Assembly: GCA_048128005.1 (NCBI GenBank)
Contig: JBEUKZ010000118.1
Span: forward strand, 1 to 64,000
DNA from: Veleropilina oligotropha
Taxonomy: Eukaryota
DNA: 64,000 nucleotides
Reading direction: 5' to 3'
This document shows, piece by piece, positions 25,598 to 35,219 of this stretch; position 1 is the stretch's first letter; each line of letters opens with the position of its first letter. The position numbers and the translations under genes are program-made. The notes under the pieces are model-generated. The model ran no database searches, was not told the origin of the DNA, and saw only the letters and a list, made by a program, of their open reading frames with translations.

Positions 25598-26126
25598 ATG
25601 AATGTGCGAAGTGACTATTCAGATGACCGTGGCGCATGTGATAGCACCAATACAAGCGTATCGCTGAGAAAGATTACGTTGTAGGCCTACTTTGCTAATA
25701 AATTATTGCCTTGTAATGCCTTAAGCTTTCGTTTTCCCCTTTTAATAGTATAAATATAGGGCAGTAGCCTGATTTTGAAGGTATAGGAGGCGAAGTATTT
25801 GATTTGGAGGTAGAGCTGCAATGGACAGCTGCCCATGGTGTGCGAATACGGGAATATGAAAGGGGGATCAAAATATAATATTTACGGTTCGCGGGGCCCA
25901 ATATTGAGAAACATTGGGCAATTAATAACGGGGTGAATCCCCTCTCCCGAATCCTCGGATGGCAAATTAATATATTTTGTACACAACTTTTATTAACATT
26001 TTCACGACTAAGTCTATGTATTAGTAAAATGTTGCAATTTGAAAATACTAGGAAATATGTTTATATAATTTTCCGTCAGACGCTATGTGGGTACAGACTG
26101 GATGCATGCATAGCCAATTTGCTTAA

Positions 26127-26570
26127 AGAGACTATTGCCCGTAAATGAGTTCTTTCTTTTTTTTAAAGAAAACTAACAGAATTACACTTTTTGTTTATAA
26201 CATAAAAAGTTAGGAATTTTCAACACTCAACTTTCGTCAGTAATTTACGACCGTTTAAAATTATCACTACATAATATTTTAAAATAATAAAACGCGGACC
26301 GCGTTTAATTACCTCGCACAGAGTTCATTTATAATTGACCTAGTTGGAGCACAGTTGCATTGGTTACTGCTCGTCAAGTAAGATAGCTTTCTACTTGACA
26401 ACAACCTATATTGCACAGTTACAATAATAATTTCATTACAAGTCTATCATTTGGTCATATATCGATCATATCTTCGCGAAATTTGTATCAATCTGCGCGA
26501 ACCATGCGATAGATGGAGTCAGGACAATTCGTGTCATAGGCAACTCATGAATTTATGGGCAATAGTCTCT
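26127..26570. mobile_element. Kolobok-like MITE at a TTAA site
   Basis: ttaa|agagactattgcccgtaaat ... atttatgggcaatagtctct|ttac. Confidence 0.7.
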
Positions 26571-26792
26571 TTACGTCAAATATTGGTGGTTTTCAATACC
26601 CGATTTATCTCCCTTGAATTTACTCAATACATATCGATGCGTTCAAAAATTCATCTGAAGTAGATCCTATTCGAATCATTTCTACCACATAACACAGTTT
26701 CCAATCCTCTACAGTCACAATGAAGGCATATATTCTGTAAGACCTACATTTTAATCAACTGTGGCTACATTTGGGTAATGAGTCGGACCGCT

Positions 26793-27044
26793 CAGGGCCG
26801 TAGCTAGAAATTGTTATCCAGTGTTGCCAGCACTCGCCCATGCGATGCCCGGAACCCGAAGTCAACGGTTGTGTGTTGGGGACCAACGCACAAGAAAATT
26901 TTCGATTCACTCCTACGAAACGGCCTCTCCTGCACTCTAAGCGTTTTATTAATGTGAATCACTTTAGTTTTACGTCCGAGTTTTCCAGATTTCAGGGGGG
27001 GGGGGGGAAATGCCCCCCCTGTCCTCATGGTAGCTACGGCCGTG
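26793..27044. mobile_element. MITE with CAGGGCCGTAGCTA termini and 5-bp TSD CCGCT
   Basis: ccgct|cagggccgtagcta ... tagctacggccgtg|ccgct. Confidence 0.8.
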
Positions 27045-27047
27045 CCG

Positions 27048-27418
27048 CTCAGCGACGAGTGACAGATAGGGAGCTGTTAGTTTCAACACATTAACACTGC
27101 AGCGCCATCTATGCCAATCCAGCAGAATTGAGATAGCATAATACAAACGCATATTATGATAGACTTTCAAACACGACCTTGCCAACCTCAACATGCCAAC
27201 ACAAACATGAGAGTTCGAAGTTGTAGCTGCTTCATCTATCGATTATATACTTCTAACTGTAGAAATATTGATTCTATAACCGCACTTTTCTTAAAAGAAA
27301 TGTTTTACAGTGGATAATGAAAGTTGAACAAATGAATTTTACCATGAAGCATGATGAATGATGGATGTAGAATAAAGAATGTAGGATGTAGAATTTTTGC
27401 ACCAATTCGGCTCCATAC
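27048..27418. repeat. Left copy of a ~370-400 bp inverted repeat (partner at 37553-37950)
   Basis: ctcagcgacgagtgacag...gcaccaattcggctccata is the diverged reverse complement of tatggagtcgaattggtgc...ctgtcactcgtcgctgag. Confidence 0.9.
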
Positions 27419-28322
27419 AATAAAACTTTAATGGCTTGAATGTGTGCACGACGTAAGTCGTTCCATAATGATTGTCTGTTCGGTTTTTCCAGCTCTAAGC
27501 AAAAATATCACATATCGATTTTATTCCTTCGTTTTAAGAAAATGATGGTGAGTGAAAAATAGCTCTCCTAGAATGGTCGCGCGAGTGATTTCACTCTCCC
27601 ATTAATTGACACTGGAGAAGGATGCGAAGAAAGCCTATGAGGGGTGCTATACTTTCCTGCAGACTAGAATTATTTAATTTCTGTTTAATACTTATATATG
27701 TCTCCTTTTGATGGATGGATATACTGATGTACAAAATACATTAAAATAAAATATTAATTTTGTTATTTTTTCCAATTATTTATATAATGTCTCATTACAT
27801 ACATGTATCGTATTTTTTCAACCAACTAGCAATCGGAATTCATAACTAAATTTTCATACAATATTATATTTATTATACTTTAAAACTATTTATAACATAA
27901 TATTTATTATAAGTATAAATGTTTTACATTGATAATCAACAAAAAGATAGGTAACAATAACTTGCGGTACTATCTTGTGACGCTGTGATATTACTATAGG
28001 CGACAGCAGAATCTTCTTGGAGTATTTCGCGCACGATTTACAATATATACGACATACTATAATGTCTTGCTGTTTACAAAACCAAAAGGATCCAACTTAA
28101 AAACTTTTGCAATCGAACAATGCCCGTGACTGTCTTGTAAGCGGCACCCAGCAAGGCTCAATAAAATCCGGATCAGTACCTCTCTACGACGTATTTCTTT
28201 ACATTTTCAGCTGTTAATAGTACGCGTATATTTCAAGTTCTATTATTTTTTCGTATGCGGGCACTTTTCAACTATCATAATATTCAACTCGACTTTATTA
28301 AAGTTACTCGCCGTTTCGTTAG

Positions 28323-29700
28323 ATGCCTCGACTTGCGGCATGCAAGGACGAGACGCACTGGCATTCTTCCGAAATCCCCGAAGAACTTAAGACGCTCGAA
28401 GAGGAATACCACCGAGCTTCCCACTCCATGGGTGGGGCCACGTCGTACCGGTTCCAGAAGTGGTTGGCCCGCGAGGGGATCAAGCCAACGCCAGCGAACC
28501 ACCTGGACACCTGGCGAGCGGCTCAGGTTGAGGCCAACGTTTGGAATTCTAATGATGAGGCCGCCGGGGGCACAAGTGCCCATCACCATCTCGACATGCG
28601 CGCAGCATACCTTGGCTGCGAAGACTCCCTCTGTGGCGGGGTTGGATAATCCATAGATCTGGTGCGCCAGTATGGGTTCCCGACGAGTATGATGCGTCGA
28701 GCGAATGTCGAGGGTGTGTCCATACGAGATATCCTTACCCTGACAGGAGCGGTGCAGCTCGCTGCGTGGCAATTCAGCCCAGAGACGCACCCCTATACCG
28801 TAGGTCGCGTAGGCGAGCACCTACGGGAGAAGCAGGGCTGGATCACTACCCCCGAGCTTGCAGACTTAATTGACTCTGGTGATCTGGTGGAGGTCACAGC
28901 ATGCGAGGTGGTATACAGCGTGGGCATAAAGGCCGCTATCAAGTTCCCATTACGAGACCTGGCCGTGCGCTTCGTTGGCAAGTGTGCTCGCCATGGTGAT
29001 GAGTCGCGCATCCTCGTCCGCGATCCAAACGAGGCCGCCTACTTGGCCAATGTTCTCGGCGGCACTGACCGTCTCTTGAACTTCGAGAAGGCCGGCAATG
29101 TCCACCTCATTCAGTACAGGGACGGCAAGATCAGGACGCAGTGGTTTCATATCCGAGCCTTCGTGCTCGCCTACACGAATATCGCCCTGCGCCGCATGCC
29201 ATATACGTCAAGAGCCTGCCCGAATCGGTCGAACATATGCTGGTCCCAGACCAGCCTAGGTATGGGCAATGGCGACATAAAGCCCAGGGATACGAGTGGC
29301 GCCCAGAAGCTGCTGCTTGGACGATAGAGTATGTTGGTCGTCTCGACTTGCCCCCCGGGAAGGCCAGCCCGTTCCCTTCCGATATCAGCGCGGCCACCTC
29401 GCGACGTTTATACCTCGCAGGTCAAGGCGGGAGTGGAAAGACCGAGTGGGCTGTTCAGACGTTTCGTGGTCGGAAGCTGGTGGTGCTCACCCCTGAGAAC
29501 GACATTGCCCAAGAACACCGCAACAACCCGAGACTGGGTCTCCAGCATGCACAAGTCCAGACGATCCACCACTACCTATGTCTACCCGTCGGCAAGCCGA
29601 TCGAGGATTGGGACCCGGCTGCCCTGGGACACCGACTCGACAACCTAGCCGAAGTTATCGTCATCGATGAGTGTTGCAAGGTCCCCACGAAGACCCTGAT
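28323..29700 (+). pseudogene. Divergent family-B-like polymerase remnant continuing into an SF1 helicase
   Basis: ORFs 28323-28649 and 28662-29327 share a frame and are separated by one TAA. Candidate PolB motifs are HLDMRAAYLG, VRFVGK and FHIRAFVLAYTNIAL. A frameshift near 29197 leads to AIYVKS, then LYLAGQGGSGKT (Walker A), VLTPEN, QTIHHYL and VIVIDE (Walker B). The helicase call is solid; the PolB call is tentative. Confidence 0.6.
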
Positions 29701-30515
29701 GACCGGCGCCCGGTATCTTTCGGGTCTTCTTCGTTTGTGGTGATGTAGACCATCATGCCAATCGGTTACAGCGTTTCCTGTGGGGGTGGTTTGGACGCCA
29801 CTAGCGGAACCTGCGACATGTTGGCTGCCTTCGCTGGAGGAAGACCAGTCAGTCGTGTCGGCGTCGCATTCATGTCTGCTACTACCGCTGGAAGAACGGA
29901 CACCCACTGGCGGTTGTCCCGGCCGCTGTTCAGCTCTTAATGCGCTTGCTTCCTGAAGAGTCGTCCAGCCAGCCGGCGGTTGAATGACTCAACAAATGCC
30001 TGCGATCGGTGATGACCCGGCTCTGCGCGTCTTATATCAACTCCGTGCTTCCCTAGAAGAGTGGATACTTCCCCCTTGAATTCGTGCCCGTCATCCACCA
30101 TTAGCGTTTTTGGCCAGGATAAGCGGGACGGGTTGGTCTTGTAGCTGTCAGCAAACGCCTTAGCTACCTCGCTGGCCGATTTCGATGTTAGTGGTCTGGC
30201 CGCCTTGTAGCGAGAGGCCACGTCGACCAAGGTCAACGCATACTTGTACGTTTTACGGCCGACCTTGTCATGTGGGAGGTAGAGAAGATCGGCCTGGTGG
30301 ATCACACTGGGCCTGTCCTCTGTGAAACGGGCAAAGACTTCTCTCGGGGGTTTCGTCTGCATGTACCGACCAACCTCCTGTGTCGAGATCCACGCCCTGA
30401 TTCGTTTTATTGAGGCTGCGCCTTTCGGAAGCCTTGAGTGCAGAGCTGAGACGCCCTGGAATCCCCCATCTGCGTAGTAGTACTTGCGGAGGGTTTCGTC
30501 GAGTTATTTAGCCGT
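29700..30515 (-). pseudogene. Polinton-type retroviral-like (rve) integrase
   Basis: One frame reads LRKYYYADGGFQG..RAWISTQE..HQADLLYLP..VDVASRY..LMVDDGHEF..VESFNRRL..QWVSVLPAVVADMNATPTRLTGLPP. The D-D-E triad is present. Stops lie at 30504-30506, 29937-29939 and 29766-29768, the presumed start is ACG at 30515, and the gene is truncated near 29700. Confidence 0.88.
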
Positions 30516-30807
30516 CAGGGGGGGGGGGCTTTTGTCTCTTCGCTGCCATCGAGACTTGTGAGGTATTCCAGCAACCTGATCAGTCTCCAACAGGCTTCAG
30601 CTTCCGCCTCCGGAAGCTGCCCAGTCGTCGCCCGGAGGTTGGTCGGGCCCCCCCCCCCCCGGAGAGCACCATGACCGCGAACCGCACCATAGTCTTTTCG
30701 TTGCGCCGCCAGCAGTCGAGTGACGTAGTACCAAGGCCCACCTCTAGCAAGGCAAAGTACAGCTCTTCTGGGAGCCCCATTATTATACATGTCCACGACA
30801 CTGGCAA
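30515..30807 (-). pseudogene. Small viral protein frameshifted in a homopolymer run
   Basis: ORF 30580-30807 (MGLPEELYFALLEVG...) and ORF 30515-30796 (...ACWRLIRLLEYL) join across the C run at ~30648-30660, which could also be a sequencing error. Confidence 0.45.
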
Positions 30808-30810
30808 TAA

Positions 30811-31242
30811 TTAGGCGAGCTTGTAGGCTACCAACCCGGTCGCAGCCATCCCCAGGATGACGAAGGTGATCTCACGTCCCTTCTGGTCTTCGCTCGGCGT
30901 GTAGTAGTCAGACAGGGCGGGCTCAGGGCCCTGGCCCCCCAGGCTGGGGTCAAGGTTCTTGCCGGTGATCAAGGCATACTCACGGATCGCGGCGTCAACA
31001 TCCCGGAATGTGCCAACGGCATGACCCTGGCGGCGAAGTTCAACGTTAAGCCAATCGAGACGCTCTGCCCTCTTTTTGGACCATTTAGTCTGAGCGGCCT
31101 GGAGCTGCTCTACGGCTTTGTCGTGGCGTTTACGCTCCTCGTCGACACCGGAGCTGCGAAGCTTCGAGAACAGGAAGTTGGACCCGCTGAAGGCGAGGGC
31201 GTTGACGAGAGCGCCCCCAACCAGCATCGCAATGGAAGCCAT
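30811..31242 (-). CDS. Viral hypothetical membrane protein, 143 aa
   Basis: Hydrophobic N-terminus MASIAMLVGGALVNALAFSGSNFLF, a central charged helix and C-terminal ITFVILGMAATGLVAY. Tightly packed in the minus-strand gene run. Confidence 0.8.
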   Translation of the reverse strand: MASIAMLVGGALVNALAFSGSNFLFSKLRSSGVDEERKRHDKAVEQLQAAQTKWSKKRAERLDWLNVELRRQGHAVGTFRDVDAAIREYALITGKNLDPSLGGQGPEPALSDYYTPSEDQKGREITFVILGMAATGLVAYKLA

Positions 31243-31272
31243 TGAAGTGCTGCGATTATCTAGCAGGTCCCA

Positions 31273-31512
31273 CTACTTCAAAACGTCGGCGGGGATGATG
31301 CCTTGTTTGATCAGCAGATCCTTGGTCGCCATGGCGAGCGCTACGTCGAGGACGACCATCCCAACATCGTAACCCGTGAAGTCCAGCTTGGGGCTTGGTC
31401 CCTTGAATACCATTTTTGTCAGGCGTGAGTAGCCAATGGCAAGGCCTGACACTATGGCCGCATGATAGACGGCGTTGCCGAGCATTTTTCCATCAGTAAT
31501 CGGGGTAGTCAT
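31273..31512 (-). CDS. Viral small membrane protein, 79 aa
   Basis: Two hydrophobic segments (AVYHAAIVSGLAIGY and VGMVVLDVALAMA). Gaps of 30 and 12 bp to its neighbours. Confidence 0.75.
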   Translation of the reverse strand: MTTPITDGKMLGNAVYHAAIVSGLAIGYSRLTKMVFKGPSPKLDFTGYDVGMVVLDVALAMATKDLLIKQGIIPADVLK

Positions 31513-31524
31513 GTTGTACTGCTA

Positions 31525-32025
31525 CTATGACATATGAAAAGGGTTGGGCCTAGTCTCCAATTCGGTGGTGGTGGGCTGCCTCGCCTGTGCTGGTGGCTGT
31601 TGATGTGGTGTGGATGGACCACTGCTGCGTTTCCAGACAAGAAATAGCAACGCAACCCCGCCTGCGGCGAAGATGGTTGGGGCCCAATTAAATGCTGGGT
31701 CCGATTTCCGCGTATCTGACCGTACTGCGTTTTCGACCGCGGTCACCTCGGCCGGGGTATTACCACTGTGTTTTGGGGGCTGTGCCTCCGGCGGTTCTAA
31801 TGGAACGACATTTTGTCGGATGTCGTCCTTAAGTTTTCTAACATCGGCCAGTAGCCTCTCCTGTTTGGCTTTCCGAGCAGCAGCACCGGCCCTCCCTGCA
31901 GCCACCTTCTTAGGGTCCTTCCCCGAAGAAGAGGTCACCCTCTCTATCGTCTCTATCGGCTGGGTCACCCTCTCTATCGGCTGGGTCACCCTCTCTATCG
32001 GCTGGTCCGTTTCCGGCGTCGTCAT
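31525..32025 (-). CDS. Viral protein with a basic KDPKKVAAG motif and a C-terminal hydrophobic segment
   Basis: Probable start MTTPE at 32025 within ORF 31525-32076. Contains QPIERVT repeats, KDPKKVAAGRAGAAARKAKQE and WAPTIFAAGGVALLFLVW. Confidence 0.7.
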   Translation of the reverse strand: MTTPETDQPIERVTQPIERVTQPIETIERVTSSSGKDPKKVAAGRAGAAARKAKQERLLADVRKLKDDIRQNVVPLEPPEAQPPKHSGNTPAEVTAVENAVRSDTRKSDPAFNWAPTIFAAGGVALLFLVWKRSSGPSTPHQQPPAQARQPTTTELETRPNPFHMS

Positions 32026-32586
32026 CTTGATCTCGCTCTCGCTCTCGCGGTATCTTGGGGGGGCAGACGTGTCCAAATCGGCAGTGCTTAGCCGTGGTCA
32101 GCGCGGCTGTCAACGGGGCTAGAAACATGCCATACTGGTGATACAACTCGCAGCTGGCACCGCGGAGCGCATGTGTGATGAATGGGTCAGCCTCCAGGTC
32201 GGCGATCAGCCGTATTTGGTGTTCCGGTGGAATGGGCTAGAACATCCCAGCTGCCCCTGCATAGAGATGAATAGCGGCAGTCCCAAGAGTCTTCGTCATC
32301 TCGGCGCCGAGCCTCGCTTCATACCTCGCGTGGTGTCTATCAACCTCTTCGGCGGTCATGGCGTCGATCCGGTCCACCGTGAGGTTTCGCCCCAAGTATC
32401 GGTGGGCTTCCCCTCCAACGGCTAGTGCTGCGAGCCTCTCCCGTTTCTTTGCCGTGCCTACGGAGTTGATGACATGTTCCTTGCCGGAGGTCGTGGAGCG
32501 GGAGGAGGAGGGGGGGGGGCCCCAGGGCAGACCGGTGTGGTCATTTCTTTCTCGTCATCCAAGAGTTGATCGATGAGGCTGTCCAT
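31910..32586 (-). pseudogene. Viral hypothetical protein, reconstructed across a frameshift and a stop
   Basis: MDSLIDQLL.. shifts frame at the G run near 32510-32520, continues KRERLAALAVGG..YLGRNLTVDRIDAM..YEARLGAEMTKTLG, passes a TAG at 32237-32239 and ends DLEADPFITHAL..CELYHQYGMFLAPLTAALTTAKH. Confidence 0.65.
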
Positions 32587-32715
32587 CCTCAAGCGTTTCC
32601 AACATCTCCGCGCCGGTCTAATATAACCGTAGTACAGCCAGGACCACAATGCTACCTGCAGCAGCAACAGCAGGCCCTGGCTGCAAGCACAGAATATGTA
32701 TACCGCGTCCGACAT
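32587..32715 (-). CDS. Small viral transmembrane peptide, or N-terminal extension of the downstream gene
   Basis: MSDAVYIFCACSQGLLLLLQVALWSWLYYGYIRPARR: a hydrophobic helix followed by basic residues. Confidence 0.45.
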
Positions 32716-32729
32716 GTGAGAGCTTGCTC

Positions 32730-32800
32730 AGTAGATGCCTGGTAGATGCCTGGTAGATGCCAAGTAGGTGCTAGGAGGTGCCTGGTAGATGCCAAGTAGC
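32730..32800. repeat. 11-bp degenerate tandem repeat in a viral intergenic gap
   Basis: About 6 ggtagatgcct-like units. Confidence 0.8.
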
Positions 32801-32802
32801 TG

Positions 32803-33435
32803 CTACACCACACTATAAGCAACGGGCTGGTCAGTTTTCAACAGAAGCTTGAGGTGTCGGGTCTCGGCCAACAGCCCTCGCACCGCGGTTCTATCATCCT
32901 GCGACTGAATGACATCGTTCTCGCGGAGACACTCTTCGAACGAATCTCGGTCCTTACAATGGAACAGCGCGATCCAGCGGATCTGTTCGCGATACTCCTT
33001 CAGGACCGAGTTGTACTTCTGCGTCACCACCCATACACTCTGGGAGGCATGCCTTCCACTAAATGCCAGCTCCGTCAGCATGTCCCTCCTCTTGGCGAGG
33101 GCTTTGCTGGCCGCGCAGTCGTCGATTATATACAAGGTCGACTCCCCCTGGAAAAGCCGGTAGAACCCCCGCAACCAGTCATGGAGTCGCTCACCAGGGG
33201 GGATTATGTACACCTCAGGGTCAGTCCAGATCCATGGACAGGACTGGTAGGCTTTGTTGTACTTGATCGTGGGGCAGAGGATTACGATGTGCCGGAACAC
33301 CCCCCGATAGACTCCTTTCAGCAGTTCAAGCATGAAAACCGTCTTCCCACAACCGGTCTGGCCGCCTATGATCGCGGAGTGGGGGTCCTTGGTGTGCGGG
33401 GACCGTCTAGTACAGCGCTGTGACAAATCGGCCAT
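32803..33435 (-). CDS. A32/FtsK-HerA-family DNA packaging ATPase
   Basis: Walker A GGQTGCGKT, Walker B LYIIDD and the arginine-finger/glutamine motif SGRHASQSVWVVTQKY. It lies directly downstream of the capsid gene. Confidence 0.9.
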   Translation of the reverse strand: MADLSQRCTRRSPHTKDPHSAIIGGQTGCGKTVFMLELLKGVYRGVFRHIVILCPTIKYNKAYQSCPWIWTDPEVYIIPPGERLHDWLRGFYRLFQGESTLYIIDDCAASKALAKRRDMLTELAFSGRHASQSVWVVTQKYNSVLKEYREQIRWIALFHCKDRDSFEECLRENDVIQSQDDRTAVRGLLAETRHLKLLLKTDQPVAYSVV

Positions 33436-34711
33436 TCTCGATGTTCAGCTGCGCATCCATGATCACGTACTGGTAAACGTTCAACGGGCCGGCTGCTTCA
33501 CCCATCTTAGTGATTTGGATGGTGATACCCTCACTGCCGTTATCTACCTTCCGGCCTGACCCGTGCAGCTGGTCGTCATCGGTGACCCGCAGGTCTATCC
33601 ATAGGGCAAACTTTTTCGTCAAGAACTGGCCCAGGGTAACGTCTGCCAAAGCCAAATCCTTGGCAACCAGCGCCACCTCAGGATGCCGCTTGCTGATCGG
33701 GTTGGAGGCGAACAGCTTCCTGGCTTCGTCCCACATCTGGTGGGAATGCATGCCCTGGCTGTAGATTTGATTCGGGACCCCCTCAATAGTGATTTCGACC
33801 TTTGTGATCTTCGGATTGTAGAAGGCCTCGGTGTCCCTCGCAAATGGTTTTGCGTCTCTCGCGGGGTCCTCAAACAGGAGTAGAATTCCTTTCATCGACC
33901 TCGCCGGAACGTTCAGGTTAAGATTCCACAGCGTATCGCTCTTGTCCCAGATGAGCTTGCTATGCCGGAGCACACGGTCGTAGAGGATGGCGATGCGGCC
34001 CGAGTACTGGTTACGAATCAGCCTGGCAAGATCAAGATTAGTGACCATGTCATACTCCAGGCTAATGTTATCGATGCTGTAGCTGGAACCGGGGTCATCG
34101 GTGTCCCGGATCGTCCTTGAGTGATCATTGAACGTGAGTTCGTACTCAAGACGGTCTCCAAGGGCACTTTGGTAGAACGGCATATGGCTCTCCAGCAACT
34201 CGAAATCCAGCGGGATGCGGAACCTCGGACCGTAAGCGTCCGAGATGGCCAAGTCCTCAGAAAGTCTGAAGGCGTCCATTGCGCCGACACGGTTTTTCGT
34301 AGTATTGCGTCCGTCGCTGGTATCAATCCCCTGGTAGTGGGCACTATTGCGTTCCTGTGGGGTCTTCCAGAGGTCACAGTAGCAGTGATAAACGTCGGAG
34401 TCGTCAATCGACAAGATCTCGTTGCCACTAATCTTGATCGTGGTCTTTTTGACCACGGCGCGTCCGATGTTCTGAACTACGGTCCTGTTCGGGTTAGCCG
34501 AGGTCAGAGAAATGGTGAATGCGAGGTGGGCAGTCCCTGGGACGATCACGTCGTGAATCCCGAGATTGGGAAACCGGACCAGGAGCTCCTGGTTTGCGGC
34601 GATCGTGGATGGGTTGTTCGTTATGGTCACCGACTGTCGGATACCCTTGACCCCAAGAGGCTCTCGCAGCCTGCGGTATGGATCCAACGTGCGTCCGTAT
34701 AGGCTGGCCAT
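33407..34711 (-). CDS. Major capsid protein (predicted double jelly-roll), 434 aa
   Basis: Intact ORF with alternating beta-strand patterns (LLVRFP, HLAFTISL, FRIPLDF, LEYELTF, IDNISLEYD, NLNLNVPARSMKGILLLF, ITKVEITIEG, FALWIDLR). Size and position next to the packaging ATPase fit a Polinton-like MCP. The fold is inferred. Confidence 0.8.
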   Translation of the reverse strand: MASLYGRTLDPYRRLREPLGVKGIRQSVTITNNPSTIAANQELLVRFPNLGIHDVIVPGTAHLAFTISLTSANPNRTVVQNIGRAVVKKTTIKISGNEILSIDDSDVYHCYCDLWKTPQERNSAHYQGIDTSDGRNTTKNRVGAMDAFRLSEDLAISDAYGPRFRIPLDFELLESHMPFYQSALGDRLEYELTFNDHSRTIRDTDDPGSSYSIDNISLEYDMVTNLDLARLIRNQYSGRIAILYDRVLRHSKLIWDKSDTLWNLNLNVPARSMKGILLLFEDPARDAKPFARDTEAFYNPKITKVEITIEGVPNQIYSQGMHSHQMWDEARKLFASNPISKRHPEVALVAKDLALADVTLGQFLTKKFALWIDLRVTDDDQLHGSGRKVDNGSEGITIQITKMGEAAGPLNVYQYVIMDAQLNIENGRFVTALY

Positions 34712-34754
34712 GGTGTTGGCTGAATTAGATGCGTACCCCTCTGGTTGTATTCAA

Positions 34755-35204
34755 ATGGCGAAATTCGAGAACCCCGTGTTCGAGCCCGACACCATCTACG
34801 ATGAGGATGTGACAATGCCGGCACAATCCACAGACGGGTTTGTGCCTCTGGCGCCACAGGAAGGAACCAGCAGTCTGCAGCAAGAGTTCGTTCAGTCAGC
34901 GGTGGATGGCTACTACGAAGCCCTGTCGAAGGAGGGGCAGACCCCGCCCACGTGGCGTGATTATGCCCAGTTCGAGTATGTAGAGGGGGAGGGATTGCGG
35001 CTGAAGGACCATCCAAACATCGATCTCATCAATTCTAGATCCAAAAAACCCAATGCTTTGTCAACACTAGCTAACCGGAAAGGTGGGGGTAAGGCAATTC
35101 GAGAGGGTATGGGATTCATAGATTGGAAGCGGCCAGAGAGGCGGGGAGGGGGAGGGGGACAAAAGCTACCCTCAAAGGCCGTCGCAGCTTTTCATGAAAC
35201 ATAG
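34755..35204 (+). pseudogene. Probable N-terminal part of a large viral protein, truncated
   Basis: ATG at 34755 (MAKFENPVFEPD..) is divergent from the capsid start, with 43 bp between them. Acidic N-terminus; ends abruptly at 35204. Confidence 0.55.
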
Positions 35205-35219
35205 CACGTTGTCGCGGAT

